Assembly: GCA_043779525.1 (NCBI GenBank)
Contig: JAYWED010000030.1
Span: forward strand, 3,431-67,430
DNA: 64,000 nt
Direction of reading: 5' to 3'
DNA from: Candidatus Eiseniibacteriota bacterium
Lineage (GTDB): Bacteria > Eisenbacteria > RBG-16-71-46 > SZUA-252
This document shows, one piece after another, positions 41,686-50,492 of the stretch. Position 1 is the first letter of the stretch. Every line of letters starts with the position of its first letter. The notes under the pieces were generated by a model. The model did no database searches. It was not told where the DNA came from and worked only from the letters and a program-made list of their open reading frames with translations. Made by a program: the position numbers and the translations under genes.

Positions 41686-42597
41686 CTACGGGCTCGTCTC
41701 TCCGTAGAGCCTGCGTGCTGCCATCAGATGCCGCATCGCGTCGTCGCGCCGCCCTCGAGCCTCCAGGAGGAGGCCCAGGTTGTAGTGGGCATCGGCGCCG
41801 CCGTCAGGGTCGCGAGCGATCGCCTGCGTGTAGGCCTGGATCGCCTCGTCGGGGCGCCCGCGGTCCTCGAGCAGCACCGCGAGATTGAAGTGCGCGGTTG
41901 CGTCCCCGGGGTCGCATTGCACGGCCCGCTGGTATTCCGCTTCTGCCTTTCCCAGCTCGCCGGCCTCGTGGTAGAGCCTGCCCAGGTTCAGGTGCGCGTC
42001 GGCGAGACCCGGGTCCGCGGTGATCGCCTGCATGTAGGCCTGACGCGCTTCCAGGGGCGAGGTCTCTTCCAGCTCGCTCGCCAGCTCGAACCAATGCTCG
42101 GCCGAGGGCGCGGTGGCTTCACCGACCGAGGTCGGCGCGGAGATTTCCGCGCCCGGCTCTCTCGCGGAGCGTGAGCCGATCACCGTCAGCGTTGTGGGAA
42201 TCTCGGCGCGCCCGGCGATCTCCCCGGCGTTGAAATCCAGGAGGAACTGACCGGAGTCGGGCTGCCAGGAAGCGTTCTCGTCCCACGCGACCGCGCGCGC
42301 TCCGTCCGCCAGGATCCTGACGCTGGTCAACGGAAGATCGGCGGCGAGCTGGCGGCGCAGGGAGGACCAGACGCGCTTGACGCGGCGCGCGGGAATCCCG
42401 GCCTCGAGCAGGCCGCGGGTCGTGCGGAGGAGCAGGAGCTGCTGGAAGGTGAATTCGGAGTGCCCGCCGGGGCCCGGCTCCGCGAGGAGCCCGCCGAGGC
42501 GCGCCCAGTTCCGCACGCTGGCCTCGGTGGCCTGGAGAATTCGTGCCGCGTCGCTCGTGGAGAAATGCTTCGTCGCGTCCATGCCCACAATGTCCAT
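41686..42597 (-). CDS. MerR/excisionase-type HTH protein with C-terminal TPR repeats
   Basis: From ATG 42597. FSTSDAARILQATEASVRNWARLG is the HTH. There are three or four TPR-like repeats (AHLNLGRLYHEAGELGKAEAEYQRAV..., AHFNLAVLLED..., AHYNLGLLLEA...). Lies 17 nt downstream of ku. Confidence 0.65.
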   Translation of the reverse strand: MDIVGMDATKHFSTSDAARILQATEASVRNWARLGGLLAEPGPGGHSEFTFQQLLLLRTTRGLLEAGIPARRVKRVWSSLRRQLAADLPLTSVRILADGARAVAWDENASWQPDSGQFLLDFNAGEIAGRAEIPTTLTVIGSRSAREPGAEISAPTSVGEATAPSAEHWFELASELEETSPLEARQAYMQAITADPGLADAHLNLGRLYHEAGELGKAEAEYQRAVQCDPGDATAHFNLAVLLEDRGRPDEAIQAYTQAIARDPDGGADAHYNLGLLLEARGRRDDAMRHLMAARRLYGETSP

Positions 42598-42614
42598 TCC
42601 CACCCACTCCCCTG

Positions 42615-43478
42615 CTATCGCGACGCTCTCTTCTTCTCCTTCGCCGGCTGCGCCGCGCGACTCGCTTTGGCTGCGGGCTTCTTCGCGGCGGTCCGGCCAT
42701 CCTTGACCCTGCTCTCGAGGCTCTGTTTCAGCGCGTCCATGAGGTCGATGACCTGCGTACGCTGGACTTGCTCGCCGACGGATGTGATCTCCTTGCCTTC
42801 GACCTTCGCCTCCACCACCGAGAGGAGCCGATCGCGGTACTCGTCGTGGTACTGGGCGGGTTTGAATTCCTTGCTCGATAGCTCCTCGATCAGACGCAAG
42901 GCCAGGTCCAGCTCTCCCGGCTTGACCGCGGCGTCCTGGCCCTTGTCGATCTCGCCGAAATCCCGGACCTCGTCGGTGAAATACATCGTGTGCAGCATGA
43001 GGCCGTCCTGGCTCGCGCGGATCAGGACCAGGTTTTCCTTGCCGCGCATGACGTACTTCGCCAGCGCGACGCGGTCCGTCTTGGCCATGGCGTCGCAGAG
43101 CAGCCGGTACGCCTTGTCTCCGCCCTTGTCGGGGCCGAGATAATAGGTCTTCTCGAAGTAGATGGGATCCACCTGATCGAGCGGAACGAACTCCGCGATG
43201 TCGATCATCCGGGAGGCCTCGGTCTCGAGCTTCTTCAGCTCCTCCTCGGTGAAGCGCACGTATTGTTCCTTCGCGAACTCGTACCCCTTGACCAGGGACG
43301 CGCGCTCCAGCACTTCGTTGCAGGCGGGGCAGATCTGCTGCTGCTTGATCCGACCGCCGCATTTCTCGTGGAGCAGATTGAAGGACAGGCCCGCCGAGGA
43401 GGCGGCCGTGAACATCTTGACCGGTATCGAGACCAGCCCGAACGAGAGGGTGCCTGATCCGATCGAATGTGGGGGCAT
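42615..43478 (-). CDS. ku: Ku protein (NHEJ)
   Basis: GTLSFGLVSIPVKMF and IDIAEFVPLDQVDPIYFEKTYYLGP, with a basic Lys/Ala tail. The second ATG (43478) has a GGAGGAA SD; the track start 43493 has none. Confidence 0.9.
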   Translation of the reverse strand: MPPHSIGSGTLSFGLVSIPVKMFTAASSAGLSFNLLHEKCGGRIKQQQICPACNEVLERASLVKGYEFAKEQYVRFTEEELKKLETEASRMIDIAEFVPLDQVDPIYFEKTYYLGPDKGGDKAYRLLCDAMAKTDRVALAKYVMRGKENLVLIRASQDGLMLHTMYFTDEVRDFGEIDKGQDAAVKPGELDLALRLIEELSSKEFKPAQYHDEYRDRLLSVVEAKVEGKEITSVGEQVQRTQVIDLMDALKQSLESRVKDGRTAAKKPAAKASRAAQPAKEKKRASR

Positions 43479-43523
43479 CTTGGTTTCCTCCATGGAGACT
43501 GCCGCGAGGCTAACACCATGCTT

Positions 43524-43532
43524 TGCTATACT
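43524..43532 (+). promoter_or_regulatory. extended -10 element TGCTATACT upstream of ligD
   Basis: The identical 9-mer recurs at 61863-61871 upstream of the BNR gene. It lies in the ku-ligD divergent intergenic region. Confidence 0.4.
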
Positions 43533-43610
43533 TCAACCCCGAGTCGATTTATCGGACCATTGGCGCCCCGGCTTTAGCGCCGCAGGGCCTGTCCCGAGAC
43601 CAACATAGCC

Positions 43611-46238
43611 GTGAGCACTACCCGGAAACCCCAGCTCGAACCATACCGCCGGAAGCGGGATCCCGCCCGCACCCCGGAGCCCTTCGGGGGCGTAGCGCCA
43701 CCCGCAGACCGCCCCGTGCCCGGAGCCCCTCCCCGGTTCGTGGTCCAGAAGCACTGGGCGCGCAACATGCATTACGACCTCCGTCTCGAGCTGGACGGCA
43801 CGCTCAAGAGCTGGGCGGTCCCCAAGGGGCCATCCACGCGGGTGGAGGAGAAGCGGCTGGCGGTCCACGTGGAGGATCATCCGCTCGAATACGGCGGCTT
43901 CGAGGGCGTGATCCCGTCGGGCAATTACGGGGCCGGATCGGTGATCGTGTGGGACCGGGGCTGGTTTCGCTCCTTCAAGCCTGAGGATCCGCTCGAGCAG
44001 TACGAGCGGGGCAAGCTGGAGCTGGAGCTGTTCGGGTTCAAGCTGCGCGGCCGGTGGACGCTCGTCCGCATGGGGAAGAAGGAGAAGGAGTGGCTCCTCC
44101 TCAAGAAGGCGGACGGAGCCGCGACCCTGGTCGAGGCGATCGACCGCTATCCGGAATCGGTCGTCACGGGGCTCACGGTCGAGGAGATGCGCGATGTGCC
44201 GGGCATGCTCGCCGCGCTGCGCGAGCGGATCGTGTCGCTGGAGGCGCCCAGGGGCGCTCTCTCCTGGCGCGACATCCCGCTCACGCTCGCCACGCTCGCG
44301 GAGCGTCCGCCGTCGGGGCCGGACTGGTGCTTCGAGATCAAGTACGACGGGGTGCGCGTGATTGCCGTGCGCGACGGCGAGGACATCCGCCTCGTCGGAC
44401 GGAGCGGGGAGGAGATCACGAAGCGCTATCCCGAGATCGCGTCCGCGCTGCGGAGCCTTCCCACGCCGCGCTTCGCGCTCGATGGCGAGATCATCGCCGA
44501 GGACGAGAGCGGGCGGCCCAGCTTCCAGAGACTCCAGGCACGGATGGGCCTCAAGCGGCCGCGCGACGTGGAGGCCATGATGGCGCGCGTGCCGGTGCGC
44601 GGGGCCTTCTTCGACTGCCTCGGACTCGAGGGCCATGATCTCCGGACGCTGGCGCTGGTGGACCGCAAGGAGCTTCTCGCCCGCGTCGCGCCCCCGCTCG
44701 GGACCGTGCAGCGCTGCGACCACGTGCTCGAGCATGGCGAGGCCTTCTTCGAGGCGGCGTCGGAGATGGGGCTGGAGGGGATCGTGGCGAAGCGGCTGAA
44801 GAGCCGCTACACGGGCCGCCGCTCGCAGGATTGGATCAAGGTGAAGTGTGACCATCGGCAGGAGTTCGTGATCGGCGGCTACACCGAGCCACAGGGCTCC
44901 CGCGCCCGATTCGGGGCGCTCCACGTAGGGCTCTACGAGGGCGCGAAGCTCGTCTACGTGACTAAGGTCGGCACCGGTTTCGATGGGGATGCCCTCGACA
45001 GCATCGCGCGGGCCCTCCAGCCTCTCCCGCGCGCGAAATCACCGTTCGACGTCGGGAGCCCCGCCGGTCGTGGAAACCGCTGGGTGGAGCCGCGCCTGGT
45101 CTGCGAGGTCCGCTTCACGGAATGGACCCGCGAAGGGGGGCTCCGGCACCCTACCTTCCTCGGAATGCGCGCCGACAAGCGCCCCAAGGATTGCCGCCGC
45201 GAGGAGCCGGTCTCGATCGAGGCGAGCGCGCAAGAGGGCGCCGCGCCTGGCGCCGAGGACGCCGCGCCCGCCGACGCGCGCGCCAAGGCTCCGCATTCCT
45301 CCGCGCGGCCCGACGTTCGTCTGACGAACGTGAAGAAGGTCTTCTGGCCCGAGGGCTACACGAAGGGCGATCTGATCCGGTACTACGAGTCGGTGGCGCC
45401 CTTGCTCCTGCCTTATCTTCGCGACCGCCCCGTGGTGCTCACGCGCTACCCGGACGGCATCACCGGAAAATCCTTCTTCCAGAAGGACGCGCCCGTGTAC
45501 GTGCCCGACTGGCTTCGGACCGAGACCGTGCACTCAAGCGACGGCGAGCGCGACATCCGCTACTTCGTGATCGAGGATACGGAATCGCTCCGCTACATCG
45601 CCAACCTCGGCACCATCCCCATCCACGTCTGGAGCGCGCGGGTCAACACGCTCGAGCATCCCGACTGGCTCGTATTGGATCTGGATCCAAAGGAGGCGCC
45701 CTTCACGCACGTGGTGCAGGTGGCGCGTGCGCTGAAGACCATCCTCGACGAGGTGGCCCTGCCCAGCTACATCAAGACCTCCGGAGCGACCGGGTTGCAC
45801 GTCCTGATCCCGATGGGGCGGAGATACAGCCACGAGGAGACCCGCACGTTTGCTCGCCTGCTCGCGATGCTGACGGTCGAGTCGGTGCCCGAGATCTCGA
45901 CCGTGACCCGCTCGATCAAGGGGCGCGGCGGAAAGGTCTACGTGGACTTCAGGCAGAACGGGCGCGGGAACACCATCGTGGGCCCTTACTCGGTGCGTCC
46001 TCTCCCCGGGGCGCCGGCTTCATGCCCGCTGCGCTGGGACGAGGTGACGGCGCGGCTGAATCCGGCGAGGTTCACGATCCAGACGATCCCGGAGCGGTTC
46101 GAGAGCATGCCCGACCCGATGACAGACGTGCTCGGGCCGGGCGTGGACATGGGCTCGGCGATCGCGGCCATCGGGCGGCGCCTGGATCCCGGCTCGGGCG
46201 GGAAAGGCTCCGGCCGGAAAGGCGGCGCCAGGAAATGA
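43611..46238 (+). CDS. ligD: multidomain ATP-dependent DNA ligase LigD (phosphoesterase-ligase-polymerase)
   Basis: 875 aa. PE domain (FVVQKHWARNMHYDLRLE), ligase motif I EIKYDGVR, and a C-terminal primase-polymerase domain (YPDGITGKSFFQK, SGATGLHVLIP). Confidence 0.92.
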   Translation: MSTTRKPQLEPYRRKRDPARTPEPFGGVAPPADRPVPGAPPRFVVQKHWARNMHYDLRLELDGTLKSWAVPKGPSTRVEEKRLAVHVEDHPLEYGGFEGVIPSGNYGAGSVIVWDRGWFRSFKPEDPLEQYERGKLELELFGFKLRGRWTLVRMGKKEKEWLLLKKADGAATLVEAIDRYPESVVTGLTVEEMRDVPGMLAALRERIVSLEAPRGALSWRDIPLTLATLAERPPSGPDWCFEIKYDGVRVIAVRDGEDIRLVGRSGEEITKRYPEIASALRSLPTPRFALDGEIIAEDESGRPSFQRLQARMGLKRPRDVEAMMARVPVRGAFFDCLGLEGHDLRTLALVDRKELLARVAPPLGTVQRCDHVLEHGEAFFEAASEMGLEGIVAKRLKSRYTGRRSQDWIKVKCDHRQEFVIGGYTEPQGSRARFGALHVGLYEGAKLVYVTKVGTGFDGDALDSIARALQPLPRAKSPFDVGSPAGRGNRWVEPRLVCEVRFTEWTREGGLRHPTFLGMRADKRPKDCRREEPVSIEASAQEGAAPGAEDAAPADARAKAPHSSARPDVRLTNVKKVFWPEGYTKGDLIRYYESVAPLLLPYLRDRPVVLTRYPDGITGKSFFQKDAPVYVPDWLRTETVHSSDGERDIRYFVIEDTESLRYIANLGTIPIHVWSARVNTLEHPDWLVLDLDPKEAPFTHVVQVARALKTILDEVALPSYIKTSGATGLHVLIPMGRRYSHEETRTFARLLAMLTVESVPEISTVTRSIKGRGGKVYVDFRQNGRGNTIVGPYSVRPLPGAPASCPLRWDEVTARLNPARFTIQTIPERFESMPDPMTDVLGPGVDMGSAIAAIGRRLDPGSGGKGSGRKGGARK

Positions 46239-46924
46239 CGGACGCGGTGGCCACGGAACTCAAGTTCCAGGCGAGCCGCTCCGTGGGCGAAGTCTCGGCC
46301 CTCCTGATGCGTCCGGGGGACGCGCGCTGGCTGATGGTGCTGGGCCATGGAGCCGGCGCGGGGATGCGGCACCATTTCATGGAGGACGTCGCCGCCGCGC
46401 TCGCGGGCCATGGGATCGCGACGTTTCGTTACCAGTTTCCCTATGTGGAGAAGGGCCTGTCGCGTCCGGACCCGCAGCCGGTTCTTCTCGCCACCGTGCG
46501 GTCGGCGGTGGCGGCAGGGCGCGCCGCCGCGGGCAAGCTGCCCCTTCTCGCGGGCGGGAAGTCCATGGGCGGGCGCATGACCTCGCTCGCCTCGTCGAAG
46601 GAGGCGCTGGAGGGCGCGCGGGGCCTCGTGTTCTTCGGCTTCCCCCTCCATCCGGCGGGAGCGCCAGCCGTCGCGCGGGGCGAGCATCTCGCGGCAGTCA
46701 CGACCCCGATGCTGTTCCTGCAGGGCACTCGGGATAAACTCGCGGATCTCGATCTCCTCCGGCCCGTGGTCGAGCGGCTGGGTAGCCGGGCGACGCTCCA
46801 CGTCGTCGAGGGAGCCGACCACTCGTTCGAGGTGCTCAAGCGCTCGGGGCGGACTCCGGGGGACGTGCTCGAGGAGCTGGCCCGGACGGTCGCGGGGTGG
46901 GCGGAGCAGATCACGAACCACTAA
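46235..46924 (+). CDS. alpha/beta hydrolase (KANL3/Tex30-like)
   Basis: ATGA overlap with the ligD stop. LGHGAGAGM, GGKSMGGR nucleophile elbow and GADHSF. Confidence 0.7.
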   Translation: MTDAVATELKFQASRSVGEVSALLMRPGDARWLMVLGHGAGAGMRHHFMEDVAAALAGHGIATFRYQFPYVEKGLSRPDPQPVLLATVRSAVAAGRAAAGKLPLLAGGKSMGGRMTSLASSKEALEGARGLVFFGFPLHPAGAPAVARGEHLAAVTTPMLFLQGTRDKLADLDLLRPVVERLGSRATLHVVEGADHSFEVLKRSGRTPGDVLEELARTVAGWAEQITNH

Positions 46925-46935
46925 GAGGAGCGCGC

Positions 46936-47637
46936 ATGCGAATCCGGTCCGGCACGAGCGGATGGTCCTACAAGGAGTGGAAGGGGTACTTCTATCCCGA
47001 GAAGCTGGCGGCGAAGGACATGCTGCGCTACTACAGCGAGCGCTTCGCGAGTGTCGAGGTGAACAACACGTTCTACCGGATGCCCAACGCGGCGACGCTT
47101 ACGGGCTGGGCGTCGCAGACGCCCGAGGACTTCACGTTCGTGCTCAAGGCCTCGAAGCGGATCACCCACGACAAGCGCCTCAAGGAGGTCGAGGATTCCG
47201 TTCAGTACCTCCTTCCGACCGCCGCGGCGCTCGGGACCAAGCTGGGACCGTTCCTGGTCCAGCTACCACCGAACATGAAGAAGGATGTCCCGAGGCTACG
47301 CGATTTTCTCGCCATCTTTCCCGCCCGCGCGGCGTTCGAGTTCCGCCACACCTCCTGGTTCGACGACGAGGTCTACGCGGCGCTGAGCGAGCGAAACGCC
47401 GCGTGGTGCATCGCCGATACAGGCGAAGAAGGGGACCCTCCGTTCGTCTCGACCGCGGACTGGGGCTACCTGCGTTTGCGTCGCGTGGTCTACGAGGAGA
47501 CGGACCTCAGGGACTGGGCGGAGCGGATTCGCGGGCAGAACTGGAGCGAGGCCTATGCCTTCTTCAAGCACGAGGAGGCTGGAACCGGCCCCAAGCTCGC
47601 CGCGCGCTTCATGGAGATTTGCGGGGTGGCTCGCTAG
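46936..47637 (+). CDS. DUF72 (YecE-like) protein
   Basis: ATG 46936 lies behind AGAGGAG. GTSGWSYKEWKGYFYP, VEVNNTFY and LVQLPPN are the DUF72 signature. Confidence 0.8.
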   Translation: MRIRSGTSGWSYKEWKGYFYPEKLAAKDMLRYYSERFASVEVNNTFYRMPNAATLTGWASQTPEDFTFVLKASKRITHDKRLKEVEDSVQYLLPTAAALGTKLGPFLVQLPPNMKKDVPRLRDFLAIFPARAAFEFRHTSWFDDEVYAALSERNAAWCIADTGEEGDPPFVSTADWGYLRLRRVVYEETDLRDWAERIRGQNWSEAYAFFKHEEAGTGPKLAARFMEICGVAR

Positions 47638-48289
47638 CGCCGCCGAGCCACTGGCCGACCGCCTGGATCTCCCGGGGCTCGAGCGCGTGTCCCCCTTCGG
47701 TCCATCGCAGTTCCACCGCCGCGCCCGCGCTCGCGAGCCTCTCCCGTAATGCCTCGACGCGCTCGACCGGCGCGTACGGATCGCTGCGGCCGGCAGCGAT
47801 CAGCGCCCGCTTCCCGCTGAGGTCGGGCGCGCGTTGCGGCTCGAGCGGCAGCACCGCCCGGAGGAGGGCCGCCGCCGAGAAGAGTTCCGGGTCCAGGAGG
47901 AGCAGCGCCGCCGCCATGTTCGCGCCGTTGGAATACCCGAGCGTTCGCACCCGCTCGAGGTCGAATCCGTAGTGCTTTCCCGCCGCCCGAACGAACGCTC
48001 CCAGATCTCCCGCGCGCCGGATCAGGTCGGCCTCGTCGAAGACGCCCACGTCGAGCCGGCGGAAGAACCGCGGCATTCCGTTCTCCAGCGTTTGCCCGCG
48101 AGGGGAGAGCAGGTTGTCCCGCGGGGCCACGAGCTGCCCGAGGGAGATGAGATCGTTTTCGTCGCCGCCGGTGCCGTGGAGCAAGAGAAGAGTGTCTCCG
48201 CCGGAGCCTGCCTCGAAGCGGTGCGTGAATCCCAGGTCCCCCGTTCCAGCTCGCGCGCTCGCGCGTCGAGCCGGAGAGTCCGCGCTCAC
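47609..48289 (-). CDS. phospholipase/carboxylesterase-family hydrolase (MhqD-like)
   Basis: GTGA overlap with the upstream dioxygenase. LLLLHGTGGDENDL and GYSNGAN nucleophile elbow. Confidence 0.75.
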   Translation of the reverse strand: MSADSPARRASARAGTGDLGFTHRFEAGSGGDTLLLLHGTGGDENDLISLGQLVAPRDNLLSPRGQTLENGMPRFFRRLDVGVFDEADLIRRAGDLGAFVRAAGKHYGFDLERVRTLGYSNGANMAAALLLLDPELFSAAALLRAVLPLEPQRAPDLSGKRALIAAGRSDPYAPVERVEALRERLASAGAAVELRWTEGGHALEPREIQAVGQWLGGASEPPRKSP

Positions 48290-49257
48290 GTCCCACCCGA
48301 GACCGGCGCGGGACGCGGTCCCGACAGCCGGGGAAGGGCGGCTTCGATGGCCTTTCGCCGAGGCTCCAGCCAGGGAGGCAGCACCAGCGACTCGCCTAGG
48401 TGCGCCGGATCTTCGTCCACGGCGAATCCCGGACCGTCGGTCGCCAGTTCGAACAAGACGCCGCCGGGCTCGGTGAAGTAGACCGACTTGAACCAGAACC
48501 GGTCGATGACTGGCGTGGGACGCCGCGCCGCGGCCTCCACCCGCTTCCGCACCGTCGCCTGGTGGGCCTCGTCATCCACGCGCCACGCGAGGTGGTGGAC
48601 CGAACCGACTCCCCAGAACCCGCGCGGTGAATCCGGAGCCTCCGCCAGGTCGACGAACGCTCCCGAGCCGCCGCTCGCGAGGGCATAGCGGTGCCATTCG
48701 CCCTCGGTTCCCGCGTGATGGAACCCCATGACTTCGATCAGGAACGCCGCCGTGGCCGCGAGCTTCTGCTCGCGCAGCCGCGCGCCGTGGAGTCCCCGGA
48801 TCTGCCGCTCGCCGGGAACGGAGCTGGACTCCGAGGGCGTGAACGACCGGCCCGGCGCCGCCTGTGTCTCGACGAGCGCGACGTCGAGCCCGTGCGGATC
48901 CCGGAGGCGCATGGCCTTCTCGCCGAACCTTGTCTCCGCAGAGCCGATCGGGACTCCAAATCGCTCGAGCCGGGGCCCCCACCATGCGAGGCTCCCCGCC
49001 GGGACCGCCAGAGCCACCTCGTTCGCGAGGCCGTGGCCCGGCCTGGCCGGGGCCGCCTGGGCCCAGGGGAAAAACGTGAGGTCCGTGCCCGGGTGTCCCT
49101 CGGCGTCGGCGTAGAAGAGGTGATAGGTGCCGGGGTCGTCCTGGTTGACGCTCTTCTTGACGAGCGTCATCCCGAGAACGCCGGCGTAGAAGTCGAGATT
49201 TTCCTGCGCGGAACCCGCGATGGCGGTGACGTGGTGAAGCCCGGTGACGTTGTTCAT
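48286..49257 (-). CDS. ring-cleaving extradiol dioxygenase, VOC superfamily (MhqO/MhqA-like)
   Basis: 323 aa with two VOC modules. GLHHVTAIAGSAQENLDFYAGVLGM and GSVHHLAWRV. Confidence 0.75.
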   Translation of the reverse strand: MNNVTGLHHVTAIAGSAQENLDFYAGVLGMTLVKKSVNQDDPGTYHLFYADAEGHPGTDLTFFPWAQAAPARPGHGLANEVALAVPAGSLAWWGPRLERFGVPIGSAETRFGEKAMRLRDPHGLDVALVETQAAPGRSFTPSESSSVPGERQIRGLHGARLREQKLAATAAFLIEVMGFHHAGTEGEWHRYALASGGSGAFVDLAEAPDSPRGFWGVGSVHHLAWRVDDEAHQATVRKRVEAAARRPTPVIDRFWFKSVYFTEPGGVLFELATDGPGFAVDEDPAHLGESLVLPPWLEPRRKAIEAALPRLSGPRPAPVSGGT

Positions 49258-49301
49258 CCATTTACGATGCCGGAGCGGGGAATCTGATTCAAGCGCGTGT
49301 T

Positions 49302-50219
49302 ATGCTCCGCGCCATGCCTGCATTCGTGGAGACGGAGGCCTGGCCGGCCCTGCCGCTCGAGAAGTGGAACGACACGCGCGCGACGCTTCACATGTGGACG
49401 CAGGTCGTGGGAAAGATTTGCCTCGCACTCACCCCGCGGACGAATCACTTCTGGAATATCGCGCTCCACGTCACCCCGCGCGGCCTGACGACCAAGCCCA
49501 TGATCGCCGCCGGGAAGACCTTCACGATCTCGTTCGACTTCGTGGAGCATCAGCTCGTATTCCAGTGCTCGGACGGCAGGACGAAGCTGAATCCGCTCCG
49601 CCCGCAGACGGTGGCCGACTTCTATCGTGAGACGATGGCAACCCTGGATGCCATGGGCGTCCAGGTTCGCATCTGGCCCATGCCTGTCGAGATCCTGGAC
49701 CCGGTGCGTTTCGACGCGGACGTCGTCCATCGCTCCTACGATCCCGTCTTCGCGAATGCGTTCTGGCGGGCGCTTCTCGCGATGAAGCCCGTCTTCGAAA
49801 GCTTCCGGTGCGGCTTCGTGGGAAAGTGCAGCCCCGTGCACTTCTTCTGGGGGAGCTTCGACCTCGCGGTGACCCGCTTCTCCGGGCGCCGCGCGCCCGA
49901 GCGGCCGGACGCCGACGCGATCACTCGCGAGTCGTACTCGCACGAGGTCATCAGCCACGGATTCTGGCCGGGCAACAGCCCGGGGATCGACGCCGCGTTC
50001 TACGCGTACGCCGCGCCCGAGCCGCCGGGTTTCAAGGAGGCGCCGATGTCGCCCGCCGCCGCGTACTACAGCAAGGAACTCTCCATATTCATTCTTCCCT
50101 ATGAGGCCGTGCGAGCATCGAAGTCCCCGGCCGACGATCTTACGTCGTTCCTGAATACGACCTATGACGCCAGCGCGAAACTGGCGGAGTGGGACCGGGA
50201 CGAACTGGAGCGGAGGTAG
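49302..50219 (+). CDS. DUF5996 family protein
   Basis: WNDTRATLHMWTQVVGKI, GKCSPVHFFWGSFDLAVTRFSGRRAP. The start may be ATG 49314. Confidence 0.65.
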   Translation: MLRAMPAFVETEAWPALPLEKWNDTRATLHMWTQVVGKICLALTPRTNHFWNIALHVTPRGLTTKPMIAAGKTFTISFDFVEHQLVFQCSDGRTKLNPLRPQTVADFYRETMATLDAMGVQVRIWPMPVEILDPVRFDADVVHRSYDPVFANAFWRALLAMKPVFESFRCGFVGKCSPVHFFWGSFDLAVTRFSGRRAPERPDADAITRESYSHEVISHGFWPGNSPGIDAAFYAYAAPEPPGFKEAPMSPAAAYYSKELSIFILPYEAVRASKSPADDLTSFLNTTYDASAKLAEWDRDELERR

Positions 50220-50222
50220 CGG

Positions 50223-50492
50223 ATGGAAGGGCAGACGTGCGCCCATTTGAAGGGTATCAAGGAGATCAAGCGGCCGAAGAAGCGCGAGTGCGAGGAGTGC
50301 GTCCGCATCGGCTCGGACTGGATGCATCTTCGCACCTGCCAGACGTGCGGCTCGACGCTCTGCTGCGATTCCTCGCCGAACAAGCACGCGAGCAAGCATG
50401 CCCGCGCCCACGCCCATCCCGTCGTTGCCTCCGCGGAGCCGGGCGAGAAGTGGCTCTATTGCTATCCCGATGACGCGATCGCCGAGTACTAG
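50223..50492 (+). CDS. UBP-type zinc-finger protein
   Basis: 89 aa. CxH...CxxC...WMHLRTCQTCG..CCDSS..KHA..H...HP matches the zf-UBP Cys/His pattern. Starts 3 nt after the DUF5996 stop. Confidence 0.75.
   Translation: MEGQTCAHLKGIKEIKRPKKRECEECVRIGSDWMHLRTCQTCGSTLCCDSSPNKHASKHARAHAHPVVASAEPGEKWLYCYPDDAIAEY

Noticed and set aside
43340-43400. Cys cluster (HEKCGGRIKQQQICPACNE) in Ku as a novel zinc-ribbon insertion
   Set aside because: As far as I recall, other bacterial Ku proteins (for example the mycobacterial one) carry a similar CxxC segment at this position, so it is probably a family feature.
47609-47637. 29-nt 3'-end overlap of the convergent DUF72 and carboxylesterase genes (and the 4-nt overlap at 52849-52852)
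   Set aside because: Short convergent overlaps are common in compact high-GC genomes. Nothing suggests a regulatory antisense function.
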